A DNA stretch of 63,876 bases, taken from positions 314,469,906-314,533,781 of the forward strand of contig NC_058132.1 of NCBI RefSeq assembly GCF_016433145.1, in the 5' to 3' direction. Every line of letters begins with the position of its first letter. Positions within the stretch are counted from its first letter, which is position 1. The stretch comes from Gracilinanus agilis (Eukaryota). Of this stretch, positions 1 through 12,205 are shown piece after piece. Under the pieces are notes generated by a model. The model saw only the letters and a program-made list of their open reading frames with translations. It was not told the DNA's origin and did not search any database. The translations under genes and the position numbers were made by a program.

Positions 1-29
1 CATTTATTCTGTGTGTAAATACCCCTTTC

Positions 30-160
30 TAGTAGAGTAGAATGTAAGCATCTTGAGGACATGGACTATTTTGTACTGATAGTATTTAATGCACTGTAGT
101 GGTAGTGCTTAATGTAATATCTTCCATAGAGTAAGTAATAATGTTTGTTGAATTAAATTA
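30..160 (+). mobile_element. L2 LINE 3' end fragment
   Basis: tagaatgtaagcatcttgaggac...atagagtaagtaataatgtttgttgaatt resembles the L2 terminal motif. Confidence 0.5.
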
Positions 161-619
161 AGATGTGAAGAATCACACAATTTCTGGATGTTTCTAATGG
201 TTAGAAAATTCTTCACTATATAGAACTAGAATCTTTCTGTAAAAGCTTGCCCAGTGTGTGCTTAGTTCTATTCTCTAAAGCCAAGTTTTATACTGCAAGA
301 TCTCCATATGAACAGTGATAAAAGGTTCAACCAACCAAGGCAAGGTTTATACAAGCACTCAAACATAGTCTGAGGGAAATGAACTCCTACTTTCTTACAT
401 ATGTTTGTCTAAAGAATCAAATAAATAAAGGAGGAAAGTTCAGCCTCAGGTACTCAAGTATAGTCATTATTTGTTGAAGAAATAAAGAACTAGCAAAATT
501 TGCTGTCTCACCTTCAGCAATTACTCCAATTAAAACTAAATGAATAAAAACAGGTTAATGATGCTATTTTTTAGGATCTATAAGACTTTGCAATACACAA
601 AAATTAATAAAAATTCCCT

Positions 620-830
620 ATAAAACATTATCCAAAGATCTCAGATGTCTTCATGATCATGAATTAGACATTTCAATGCAAATATATAAAATTTATTAAA
701 ATCAATCAAAGGAACTAATCTAAATAGAAGATTTTGGCTCTTAATAGTTAATAACCACACTGTTTTACCAATGTTGAATAAGTCCTGAATGACAAGATTT
801 TTCACCAATAATCTGAAATCTTGCCAGTTA
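620..830 (+). mobile_element. Highly decayed CR1/L3-type RT C-terminal fragment
   Basis: Plus frame KDLRCLHDHELDISMQ resembles the CR1 motif KDLGVLVDxKLxMSQQ; stops follow. Confidence 0.3.
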
Positions 831-854
831 TATACTATTATAGACACAGTCAGT

Positions 855-1040
855 CACCATCAACAAACATTTATTAAAGGTTTGATACTTGCTAGGTAAT
901 ATGCTAAGTTCTAGAAATATAAATGCAAACAAAAAAATACCACCCATGGCCTCAAAAAGCCTAAATTCTAGTGGGAGAAGACCATATACAAAAGGAAGCT
1001 GAAAGTTAAAAAGAGGAAATAGAAGAACGGTAGAAAAGGC
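855..1040 (-). mobile_element. L2 3' end fragment
   Basis: caacaaacatttattaaagg...ctaagttctagaaatataaa...gcctaaattctagtgggag is the reverse-strand L2 tail pattern. Confidence 0.55.
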
Positions 1041-1074
1041 AGCGTGGCAGAGTGAGAAATTTTGAAGGAGTCAT

Positions 1075-1900
1075 CTAATCAGAAGCCAGAAGAGATGAAA
1101 AGCACCAATAATAACAGATTCATTATGAAACAAAGCAAGTGACAGAGAAAATATTAATTTTAGAGAATTAAGAAAAAAATAAATTGGCCAAATGGCTGTC
1201 AATTTGGACCTACGGAAATAAAAAGTCATTATAAGTCATTTAATTTCCAGGAATTTTAGTTTTACTTTTTGAGATATGAAGAAAATTATATGCATTTTAA
1301 CATGAAGAAAATTAATTCATATTATAACACCTCATATTTTGTTTTGGAGCAGTGCATATGATAACTGATATAAAGCAGTTTAACCTCAAAGTATTTCTCA
1401 GTGCCAGGTTTTTCTCAAAATTCCTGATGACCATGAGCCAAAAAGTTGATGAAATAGTAGAAAAATTATATGACAAATTGAACAGATATTCTAAAACAAA
1501 TCAGCACAAATTGTGACACTTGTTGCTTTAATAGAAGTATTTATAGGAGGAAGCAGAGAAAAGTGTTGGAAAATATACTATGCGTTAAATATGAAAGATA
1601 CTGAAGTTACCTATTGCTCATAAGTCTATTGTTTGAATAAAATAAATACTTTCCCCAAAAATGGAGTCAAGGGTTTCTGGATTTGAAATCACAGGAGAAA
1701 GGAGCCAAGATGATGTAGTAAAGAAAGGAACTAATCTGCATATTCCCTTTAAACAACTTTAACACATACCTCAAATTGAATTTAGTAGTGGAAAATCCAA
1801 TCAAAGATCTGGGTGAGATATTTTTTCTAACATATAACAATTTAGAAGGTTGGCAGGAAAAATTGTCGTGCCAAGTTGGTCAGCATAGAAAGTAGTACAG
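1075..1900 (+). mobile_element. Decayed RTE-clade LINE, AP-endonuclease region
   Basis: Frameshifted motifs occur in RTE order and spacing: SEARR, DEIVEKLYDKLN, EEAEKSVGKY, INTFPKNGVKGFWI, (I)VRAKL. Confidence 0.55.
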
Positions 1901-2097
1901 GTCATAACAACACCACAGTCATAACTCAAGCAGAAATACTTGGAGGTGACTACAAAAGATTCAGTAGCAGCTTTGGGAACTTTCAATTCACAGATACTAA
2001 GAGTGTTGGACAATTGGTCAGAAGAGACTATAGGAGACACTTTTTTTGGCTCTGATCAAAGGATCCTTTTGCATTGCTGATTAGGCGGGGGGTGGGG

Positions 2098-2288
2098 GGG
2101 GGAGAGCTAAATGGCTCAGTGGGTTGAGAACCAGGACCAGAGACAGGGAGTCCTGAGTTCATATTTTGCCACAGATACTTCATAGGTGTAGGAATCCTGG
2201 GCAGATCACTTAACACCCATTGCCTAGCCCTTAAGACTCTTCTCACTTGGAAGCAATACAAAGTATTGATTCGAAGTCTGAAAAAAAC
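2098..2288 (+). mobile_element. tRNA-derived SINE, SINE-1_Mdo type (older copy)
   Basis: A-box-like ggctcagtgg, B-box-like gagttcatatt, core cacttaacacccattgcctagccctt, A-rich tail. Confidence 0.85.
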
Positions 2289-2309
2289 TTTTTTTTTTAA
2301 TGAGTAGGT

Positions 2310-3010
2310 TAATAGAAACAACATACAGTTTAAATAAATACAACGTTAATAACATGTCAGTGGGACATCAAAATTTAAGGGATGTAGCTAAAGTAGTACT
2401 TAGGGGAAAATTTATATCTCTAAATGCTTACTTCAATTAAAAAGGAAAAGTAGAATAATGGTTTGGACATGGAACAATCACACCAAGAAACAGAAAAAAC
2501 AATTATAAATCACTAATTAAACACCAAATTAAAAATCCTAAAAATCAAGGAGATAAATAAAATTGAAAATAAGGAAATCATTTAACTAGTAAAGAAAACT
2601 AAGTTTGTTTTATGGGAAAAATCAATAAATCATTGACTATTTTGAATAAAACTTAGAAACAAGAAAACCAAATAACTAGTATCATAAATGAAAAGAGTTG
2701 GGGCAGGTATGTAGCTCAGTAAATAGAGAGCAAGGCCTAGAGATGGGAGGTCCTGGTTTCAACTCTGTTCTCTGACACTTCCTATCTGTATGACCCTGGG
2801 CAAATCACCTAACCACAATTGCCTAGCCCTACCACTCTTCTACCTTGGAACTAATACTCAGTGTTGGTTTTAAGACAAAAGGTTTTAAAAAATTTTAAAG
2901 TGTGGATTCACCACCAATGAAGAAGAAAATAAAGCAATTATTAGAAGCTTTTTACCCAATTAATTGCCAATATGTCTGCCAATCTAAGTGAAATGGATGA
3001 ATATTTATAC
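2310..3010 (+). mobile_element. L1 ORF2 fragment (post-endonuclease), interrupted by a SINE at 2700-2892
   Basis: gggatgtagctaaagtagtacttaggggaaaatttatatctctaaatgcttac; L1 sequence resumes at ggattcaccaccaatgaagaagaaaataaagcaattattag. Confidence 0.8.
2700..2892 (+). mobile_element. SINE-1_Mdo-type SINE nested in L1
   Basis: ggggcaggtatgtagctcagtaaatagagagcaaggcctagagatgggaggtcctgg...ttgcctagccctaccactcttctaccttggaac. Confidence 0.9.
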
Positions 3011-3039
3011 TCAAGTATATATTTTCACTTTCATTTTCT

Positions 3040-3205
3040 GACATTATAGTCTGATATGTGGGGAATGGTAGCTCAGAGTTGTTTTAATTTGCAAATCTCT
3101 CATTATTAGTTATTTAGAGCATTTTGCATGACGATAGAGAATTTTAATTGTTCTGTCTGAGAATTACCTTTTGATATCCTTGACCATCTTTCAATTGGGG
3201 AATGA
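3040..3205 (-). mobile_element. L1 ORF2 3' fragment
   Basis: ctcagagttgttttaatttgcaaatctctc...ccttgaccatctttcaattggggaatg. Confidence 0.7.
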
Positions 3206-3329
3206 CTTCTATTCTTATACATTCGAATAATTTATATGAGAGAGATATGATACATATGTATATGTATTTATATGTGTATGCATATGTATATATGTGTGTA
3301 TGTATAAACCCATCCATTGTCTACATATA

Positions 3330-3830
3330 TACATATTTATGGGAGTTCTTTTTAAGATGGGAAAGAATTGGGAATTTAATGAATGTTATCAACTGGGGGG
3401 CAGCTGAAAAAGTTGTGGGGTCATAGAGGACAAGAATTACAAGTCTCTTCAACTAACACCAACATAATTGATTTGTTCACAATGATCATACATAGTTCTA
3501 GAATTGAAGAACAGGAGTCTATTCCTAATTAAAAAAGAAAAAAAAAGGAGAACGTGATGCTCAAAGTTCCTCCAAATGACAGTCTTTGATATTGGTAGCA
3601 AGATGTTTGACAAGGAGTCTGTGAAGAAAGTTGTAGGAGAGGAAGGAGTGAAATGAAGAGTGATGAGATTTATAAAATGGTGGTCTCGTTGATACAGGAA
3701 CCAATATCAATAATAGATAATAGAGTTGTACCTAGAGTTTAAAAAAGGATGATGGTGAGGTATCTTATTTTTGCCATTGGGAAATTGTAAAGCTCTTTTA
3801 ATGACTGCAGAGTTCTCCTTTGAACAAAGG
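3330..3830 (-). mobile_element. Decayed L2 internal fragment
   Basis: Purine-rich plus strand with L2-RT-like reverse motifs (gatgatggtgaggtatcttatttttgccattggg). Confidence 0.35.
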
Positions 3831-4824
3831 CCAGTTTTTAAAAACCCAATGTTACTGTGATTTTTGGTAGCAGCAGTTCATAAAATACAAATAGTATCTG
3901 AGGAAATTCATTTGAGGAAAACTAAAGGGAAATGGAGATTTACATCATAGATATGAGTTGTCTATAACACTTAACATAGGGAATTATGAAGTAGAAGTAA
4001 TGTTAATGTTGTCAACAAATAAATATAATTTCTAAAAGGACAATGGGGTTATGAGAGAACAAGAAAACTTATTAATATTTCCCATTTTACATTGGTAAAC
4101 TAAGAAATCTAGGAATATCAGAAGATTCATGACTATTCATACTTTAGTATCTTTGGGAAGGACAAAGCCAAAAATAATATAGGATGAGCTTTTGTGGAAA
4201 AGTTGTCATCTGTGTCACTAAAAGAATCATTATATCAGTCAGATCATAGATCCATTTGAGCATTTACTTATTAGAAACCTGGGAAAATGTAACATCCTAT
4301 CATACAGAATTTGATATAAATAATTCTTAAATACTGGTTAGTCCTTAGAAGTAATGGTTTTCCTTCATTGCCTTTAATCTGGGATTTAACTCATTTCTGC
4401 AGGATTAGATTGCACATGAAGTTTTGGAGACATTGTGATGGGCTTTAATATCAAGTATTGATATTACATTTCTTTTTTTTAAATAACTAAGCTTGAGATA
4501 TTGTTTAAAAACAAGTCCATAGGGCAATCACCAAAATGTGTGTTCAGTCTACAGTAGGAATAGTCTGGAACAAACACAAATGGTAATTGTAAATGATAAG
4601 AGAATAGTAGAATGTTTAGGACCCAAGATAAATTCAGATTCCATAGTATAAAGAATGTATGAATGAATTAAAACTCAAAAGTAAAATTTTAATTAATCAA
4701 AATACAGCTTCTCCACATTATTATTAAAAGACTGTTATAGGGAAAAATCATTAAACTTTTTCTTTTCCACTCTCAAATGAGATCAGGAATTGATCACTAT
4801 TATTGTTTTTAATATTCTCTAGGA

Positions 4825-4900
4825 TACGTCACTGCCAGCTACATAAAATTCTTAGCATTGCTTCAGGAGTGACTCAGCACCTTCTTAGATAGATGAGTCA
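4825..4900. promoter_or_regulatory. Candidate bZIP enhancer: CRE-like site, ARE/MARE and AP-1 site
   Basis: TACGTCA 4825-4831, TGACTCAGCA 4870-4879 and TGAGTCA 4894-4900 in apparently non-repetitive sequence. Confidence 0.4.
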
Positions 4901-6424
4901 TATATTCTAGGTAGGCAGGTATATTCCAGAACACTGAACATTCACCAAATTTCACAGAACCACAGAATATTAGATATAGAATTTAGAATTCTTTTAGTTT
5001 AAATATGGTAAAATAGAGATGAATTGACTTGTTCAAGAACATATAGACATTTACAGCATAGATTTTAATTGGACACAGTTTTTTTTTGACCCTAAGAAGA
5101 CTTCTCTTTCTCTTCAGCTATATCATTAAATTTTCTGAGAGGATTATAGGAGAGAGATCATCTATCTAATTTCCTTTTATATTATCAAAACATAGATAAT
5201 ATCTACTACAGTAAATTTTCCCCACTCTCTGTTGCTAGCTCTCCTCTATCTCCTTGTTCTTGTTCATAATGATTATGGGGTGTGGAATGCCCTGCTTTCT
5301 CCCCTGCTCTTATGCTATTCATTTTTCAAAGTTCAGTTTAATTCCAATTTACTCCAAGAAAATTCCCTTAATTATTTGAACTGTGGAAGTATCTTATTCT
5401 TCCAAAGTTCCATAGTAAGGACACAAATAATCCCATACAATAACAAAAATTATAGAATTTAGAATTAGATAAACCAAAAGGTTACTTGTCTTGTCAAAAG
5501 TCACAAAGAAAGTAATTTTAAAGCTAGGATTTGACCCAAAACTTTTGACTTCTAATCAAAGGATTTGTGTTCTACATCACTCTGCATCACTACCAAGTGT
5601 GGTGTAAACAAGATTTAAATAGAATAGGGAAATTTAAAAAAAATAAACAAAATACAAAAAAACCTATATATTATCACATTTTAAAACTAAAAGTATGTGG
5701 CTCACAGGGATTCTTGTGAATTTTTATTGGCCTCACTTTCTATTGCAGTTTGATGCTACTACTAAATATCTAATTTTCCTTTGAATGAACTATTTTTTTA
5801 TCCATTAGATATTCTTCTTAAATAGACTGGGGATATTAGAAGGTATAATTCATTGTACAGAAGAGCAAGGATTTTATTTTATAATTCTTTTGCATCCTTT
5901 AAATCTAGTTCCTCACATGCCTATAATAGATCCTTAATGAATAACAAGGAAATAAGTGGAAATCAGAAATAATGTTATGGTACTGCCCAGTACCTAAATA
6001 TGAAATTTTCAAATGTCGCTTCTTTTTATTGAAAGTTCATTTAAGTTGGATAAATATAGAACAAGCTTGTTGTGAGACTTAGCTACACCACAGCATCCCA
6101 AAAACTTTTCTATGTGACCTATTTTAGAAAAATGACTGTAATGACTAAATCAAAGTTTCAGAATATCTTAAGTCCTTTTCCATATTATCTCCAGCCTCTC
6201 AGAAAAGATTGCTCTATCTACTTAGAAAAAAATTGGATATGAATGCCTAGCACACAATCTATGGCATGTAGTTGGATAGGCAGTTTATTGAGATATTTAT
6301 TAATATTGTTCAGAAAAGAAATTCAGATGGATGATGAGTCGGACCATAATTAAATAGGAACTAAAAAAAAAGATGGAGAACATTTAGGAAATTGCCAGTT
6401 CTTTCAATGATAGAAATAACTTAC

Positions 6425-6511
6425 CATTCATGTTTGATTATTCTTCGAATGATACGATGTGGTAGTGAATTTTTTAATGTAGCTACATTCTCATTATTGT
6501 GGATAAGGAAA
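6425..6511 (-). other. Candidate 87-nt exon (FLIHNNENVATLKNSLPHRIIRRIIKHE), unidentified
   Basis: Donor ATG|gtaagt (plus 6419-6424); AG at plus 6512-6513; symmetric phase; CGT and CGA codons retained; acceptor is weak. Confidence 0.2.
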
Positions 6512-6774
6512 CTATTGAAGTGGTTTCATGTATTCAGATTTGCATTATTCGAAGTCATAATCTTGAAAAAACATGGCAATTGGATCCAGCCCAATGGAAA
6601 CATTCAGTGTAAAGTCAAATAATGGCACTTCTTCTAGTGATCCATTATTCATATTAATTGGGACCTAGCTATACAATGCTCTCTATATGTGAGACTCTAA
6701 TGAAATAACAGATAGGAAGTACTACATAAACCTTAAAGTTTTATGTAAATGCCTGCTTGTACTATTGATGATAA

Positions 6775-7140
6775 TAAATTAAAGTTTTGTATAACCCATG
6801 GACCAATGGACATATTTATGATGGATTTAATTAACTCGTAGCTTATTATTAACAAGTATTTGTATCTAAGCAGTATAACACATATTATCTAAGAAAAATA
6901 GGGTTAGAAGTAAAGTTGGGCAAATTATATGGCAATAGTGAAAGATAACAAATGGACTAACAAGTGTTGCAAATTGTTCTATTTTAATGATTATAGCTAA
7001 GATTTATTAGGCATTAAATATAGAGAACCCAATGCTACAAAATATTTTAAGATACATAAGAAGACCTCCAGATTGTAAGTTATGAACTGTACAAAGGATT
7101 TATAGAAGCGTATAGTCAAGAAAAACAAGAGAAGAAGATA
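6775..7140 (+). mobile_element. Decayed RTE LINE 3' end
   Basis: ataacccatggaccaatggacatatttatgatgg...gggcaaattatatggcaatagtgaaagataacaaatggac...agaagacctccag is colinear with the marsupial RTE 3' region. Confidence 0.55.
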
Positions 7141-7689
7141 CAGATAGATTTTCTGCTATGCTATTAAAATGACTTCCCAAAATAATGGGATGAGATATCT
7201 AGCAAATTATTGAAGTATATGTTCAAATTGTCACAGTATTTATAATTAGAAAACTTGTCAAGGATTTTTCTATCTGTCCTTCCATAAATAATAAAATCCT
7301 TGTCAGAGAGAAAAGTAAAAGCACATGTAAAGATAGCACTGTTCCTTACTTATAATCATGAGCTTTAAAATCAATGTAATCTTTCACAACTTAATTTGAA
7401 TATGAACTATACAATTGTTAATTGCTGGTTATCCCATCTTCAAACAATTTGTCATTAATGGAGAAAATGCTATAAATTCCATGGAAATCATTAGCAAACC
7501 TGGATGAATTCCATATTATGAAAGAAGCTCAAATTTTTATCAAAATAAATAAGTTAATGCATGATTCTGCTTTTTTCTGCCAAGTAGATTATTTAGACTG
7601 AAAAATAAGGCAAATAAAAATAGCTAATATTTTGTTAATACACAGTGTAAACTGGGTGAAATGAAGGAAGTAACCAGTTCACTTGATGA

Positions 7690-8005
7690 AGAGGAAACAT
7701 GATGAAGTAGAAAGGGTGCTAGATTTTGAGTTGGAATGCCTAGTTTCAAATTCTGGGTAATTAATATAACCTGTGTGAAGGGGGCTAGTCAGGGCTTCAA
7801 TTTCCTCATTTGTAAAGCAAGAGGCTTACAATAGGTGGAATGCAAGTTTCCTTTCAACTGTAAATCTATCATCATGTTCTATAAATTGATCAGAAGTGGG
7901 CTACTTCCTATGGTTTTAAAAAAGGGGTAGATATGATGAATGAACTACTTGCTCTCACAGGCTATTGAAAGATCATGGAAGTTAGAAAAGATGCTATAAA
8001 ATTGA
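7690..8005 (+). mobile_element. MIR-family CORE-SINE fragments
   Basis: gtagaaagggtgctagattttgagttggaatgcctagtttcaaattctgg...tttcctcatttgtaaagc. Confidence 0.55.
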
Positions 8006-8006
8006 A

Positions 8007-8041
<35 letters not shown>

Positions 8042-8108
8042 GACAGACAGACAGAGACAGAGACAGAGAGACAGAGAGACAGAGAGACAGAGGAAGAGAG
8101 ACAGAGAG
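8007..8108. repeat. Compound (AGAC)n/(AGAGAC)n microsatellite
   Basis: Directly visible. Confidence 0.95.
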
Positions 8109-8589
8109 TACATGTGTGTGCATGCATGCATGAGTGTATTTGGATTAAATTAATTATAATGAGATATTCATCCTATTGTAGTGTATAAATCTTGCACTTG
8201 TAAATATACACAAGTAAAATTGAGTTTAATTCTTAAAAATAAAGTCTCAAGCATACTTAAAAGGAATAATTAATGAACAATTATAGAAAGAAGTGATTAT
8301 AACAAGAAAACATTTAATTACATTCAGAACAGGTGAAGTCAGAATAAAAATTTTTAATACAATTATTTAGCTGGGAATTTAGAGAAAAGATGTTTAAAAA
8401 CCCCTACATTTATGCAAAATGTTTTGTATGAATTATTGGTCAAATAATGGTACAACATACATTCTAAAATGTATGAATATCTGAGACCGATGATTAGATT
8501 TTAGTACTTCAATAACACTTTTGAGGAAGTTTTATATGGAATGTACCAGAAATGTGTTATCCCATGTTTAACACTTTATTGATGGGTTA

Positions 8590-8800
8590 AACTATGGCAC
8601 AGCTGACATGCTTATCAATTTACACATAACATTAAGCTTGGAAACTTGGAATACATAAGACGTGACAATCAGGATGCAAAAATATATTGACATGGGCCAA
8701 AGCATTGAATTTGATGAATGAAATTTTACGGATATGGCATTTAATAGGAAGAGGTAACATTGTAATAGAGAAAACTTAGAGGGTTCCAGAATAAGATTAA
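8590..8800 (+). mobile_element. L3/CR1 RT fragment
   Basis: gacatgcttatcaatttacacataacattaagcttgg...gacaatcaggatgcaaaaatatattgacatggg resembles the KFADDTKLG region. Confidence 0.6.
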
Positions 8801-9004
8801 TGGTAGAAGACCACATATTAACCTAAAGTAAAAAAAAAAAAAAAAACAATGATCATCAAAACTCTTTGGTGTTTATTAAAAATATATGCATGTGTACATA
8901 CATACATAAAACAAAGAACTGAAAATAAATTATGTTTTCATTAATTGTAAATAGGAAAGAAATTGTAGTATAGTAATGGAATGAAATATTGTTGACCTGT
9001 AAGT

Positions 9005-9400
9005 CAACCTAATAAACAATTATGAAGTGCCTACTATGTTCTAGGCACTGTGAGAAACACTAGGGATACAATTCATAAAAGAAAGACAGACAGACACTGT
9101 ACTCAAGAAGGTTACAATCTAACCTGGGGGAAATATATAAAAGAGGGCAGGATAAAAGGGTGGAGTGGGGTAGGAATGTCATCCCAGTGGGTATCTCAAG
9201 TGGAGGGAATCTTGTACCATTGAGTTGGAACCAGGCAGACAGTTTCTTCTCTTTATCAAAGAAAATGTGAGGAAGGTTTTGGAACTCAGTCCTCCAGACT
9301 TCCAAATGCAGGTGAGAGGAAACCCAGAGATGTAGACAAGGCTTCAGTTAGCAGGATCAAAATGAGTTTAGAAGTGATGATGTTATCATGGGAAAAGCAT
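9005..9400 (-). mobile_element. L2 3' fragment
   Basis: aataaacaattatgaagtgcctactatgttctaggcactgtgagaaacactagggataca. Confidence 0.6.
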
Positions 9401-9599
9401 CTTGTTCTGTGCAGTAGAAACTATGCACAGCAGATGAAAAGTGTAGTAAGAAATGATTAGTTAAATTTAGAGAAACATTTTAAAACTTGTATTTTCTAAT
9501 GGAGAATATAGTTGAGTAAAACCTAGAAAAAGTTACATAATAACTAATTTATAAGAAAAATATTAAATTTTAGAAATATGATCAAAATAATGGCCAATT

Positions 9600-9960
9600 A
9601 GAATTCTAAAGTACTACTGCTGCTCACCTCATCACAGACAGGTAATTGGTAAGAAGTACAGAATGAGATTTCCTTTTTTAAATGTTGCCAATATGGAAAC
9701 TTATTTAATTATGCTTTTTTTTAGTTAATGTATGACTTTCAATTGGGGGAGGATCACTTGGCGGGGGGAAAAGGTAATTAGTGATGTTGCTCTTTAAAAA
9801 AAAACAACAGAAAATGGATGAAAGCATCAATAGAAGATAAAAACACACAGAAGAGACAAGAAGGAAGTTCAGAAGATTTTATGTAAAAACAAAGCATTTG
9901 GCATATAATCATATTAACTTTAACTTACATTTTTTAAAACTAGCTTTACATAAGGAAAGA
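9600..9960 (+). mobile_element. Old marsupial L1 3' UTR
   Basis: gtacagaatgagatttcc...ccaatatggaaacttatt...aaacacacagaagagacaagaagg. Confidence 0.45.
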
Positions 9961-12025
9961 TTTTGCAATAAAAAATCAAAACAAATATCAATTTTGAAAT
10001 CTTACCTGAGTTTAAGCAATTAACTTCAAAAGTTCAAGATGGAGAAGGCAAGGCTAGACAATAACTTCTGAAAAACTACTGAAGATTTTGGTGGTGTATA
10101 AGTGTTTTCCTTAACCCAGATTGATAATGGTTTGATTTCCATTTAACAGATGAAAAAAACTAAGATTGAGAGATATTATCTGACTACTTTATAATATAAG
10201 AAGTGACAGAAGTGGAATCTGAACATAGGCAATCTAATTTTTTTTATTTTTTTCTTTTTTGGGTCATACATGTATTATCATGCAGAACATATTTCCATAT
10301 TGTTCACTGTTGCAAGAGCATACCTTTTCAAAACAAAAACCCCCAAATAAAACTGTACATAAACTGATGTGAAAAATCCATCCAACTGCAATAGTTCTTT
10401 TTCTGGAAATGGACAGCATTACCTGACATAAGTCCTTCAGAATGGACTCAAAACTTCGCATTCCTAAAAACAGACAAGTTTTCACAGCTGATCATTGTAC
10501 AATATTGTTGTTACAGTGTACAATGTTTTCCCAGTTCTCCTTATTTCCCTCTATATCAGTTCAAATAGAACTTTCCAGCTTTTTTCTGAAATCATCTTGT
10601 TTATCATTTCTAATACCACAAAGGTATTTTATCCTCAGCATATACCACAATTTGTTCAGCCCTTTCCCCAATTTTTGGACATCCTGTCAATCTCCAATTC
10701 TTTGCCACCAAAAAAAAGAGCTGCTATGAATAGTATTTGAATAGTATTGTACTAATAGATCCTTATTTCTTTTTCATCTATTTGAGATACAAAGCCAGTT
10801 AATGGTATTAAAGGATCAAAGGGTATGCTCAATTTCATGGTCCTTTGGGTATAGTTCTTTCCATTCAGATTGCCATCCAGAATGATTGGATCAGTTCGCA
10901 AGTCTACTAGCAATGCATTAGTATCTCAATTTTGCCACATCCAAATCAACATTTATTACTATCATCATATTGGCAAGTCCGATAGGTGTACCTCAGTATT
11001 ATTTTAATTTTCATTTCTCTAACAGTTATTTGGAACATTTTTTTCCATATCATTGTCAATAACTTTGGTTTCTTCATCTGAAAACTGCTTGTTAACATCC
11101 TTTAACCATTTGCCAATTGGAGAAAGTTTATATTCTTTTTAATTTGACTTAATTATCTGTAGATTTATGAAATTAGACCTCTATCAGAAAAATTTGTTTA
11201 AATTTTTTTCCCAATTTGTTGTTTCCCTTCTAATCTTGCTTACATTGGTTTTGTATAAAGCTTTTAAAATTTAATATTATCAATTCATTTTACATCTTAT
11301 AATGCTCTCTATCTTTTGTTTGGTAATAAATTCTTTCCTTCTCCACAGATCTGACAGGTAAACTATTCTTTGTTCCTCTGGTTTAATTATGTTATCACTC
11401 TTCATATATAAATCATATGTCCATGTAAGATATTCATCTATACCTAGTTTTTTTTTTCCATACTGTTTTCTAATTGTCCCAGAAGTTTTTGTTAAATAAT
11501 GAGTTCTTATTTCAAAACCTGGGGTCTTGGGGTTTATCAAATATTAGATTGCTAAAGTCATTTATTCCTGCATATTGTGAATCTAATCTATTCCATTGAT
11601 GACCTATTTTAGGTTTTAGCCAGTATCAGACTAGTTTGATGATTACTGAATCTTTATAGTAAAATTTGAGCACTGCTAGGCCAGACTCCTTTGCATTTTT
11701 TCCATCAATTCCCTTGATATTCTTGACCTTTTTCTCTTACAGAAGAGAATGTGTTATTATCTTTCTAGTTCTATAAAATAATCATTTGGTAGTTTGATTG
11801 GTATGGCACCAAATAAGTAAATTAATTTAGGTATAATTATCATTTTTATTATATTAACTTGGCCTAAATATGAGCAATTAATATTTTACCTGTTGTTGAG
11901 ATCTGTCCTTATTTGTGTGAAAATTATTTTGTAATTCATTCATATACTTCATGAATTTGACTTCTCAAGTAGATTCTCAGATATTTCATATTGTCTAAAA
12001 TTATTTTAAATTGAATTTCTTTTTT

Positions 12026-12205
12026 TTTTAAACCCTTGTACTTCGGTGTATTGTCTCATAGGTGGAAGATTGGTAAGGGTGGGCAATGGGGGTCAAGTGA
12101 CTTGTCCAGGGTCACACAGCTGGGAAGTGGCTGAGGCTGGGTTTGAACCTAGAACCTCCTGTCTCTAGGCCTGACTCTCACTCCACTGAGCTACCCAGCT
12201 GCCCC
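12026..12205 (-). mobile_element. Young SINE-1_Mdo-type SINE with 15-bp TSD
   Basis: TSD ttgaatttctttttt at 12011-12025 and 12206-12220; intact A and B boxes. Confidence 0.95.

Noticed and set aside
1200-2030. Possible endogenous filovirus-like L or NP fragment (RNFSF, ITDIKQFNL, LAGKIVVP resemble filoviral motifs)
   Set aside because: The motifs are in different frames with the wrong spacing; the ordered RTE endonuclease motifs explain the region better.
2098-2288. tRNA gene
   Set aside because: The A and B boxes belong to tRNA-derived SINE heads; there is no cloverleaf. The same applies to the other SINE copies.
4823-4910. Plus-strand exon reading GYVTASYIKFL, reminiscent of gamma-glutamyl hydrolase
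   Set aside because: An in-frame stop follows within six codons, similarity ends immediately, and no other exons of that gene are visible.
6392-6622. 76-aa plus ORF from the track
   Set aside because: It has a non-ATG start, no recognisable domain and no splice support.
10006-10067. 62-nt minus-strand exon-like segment with AG and gtaaga ends
   Set aside because: All three frames contain stops and there is no other support; it could only be non-coding.
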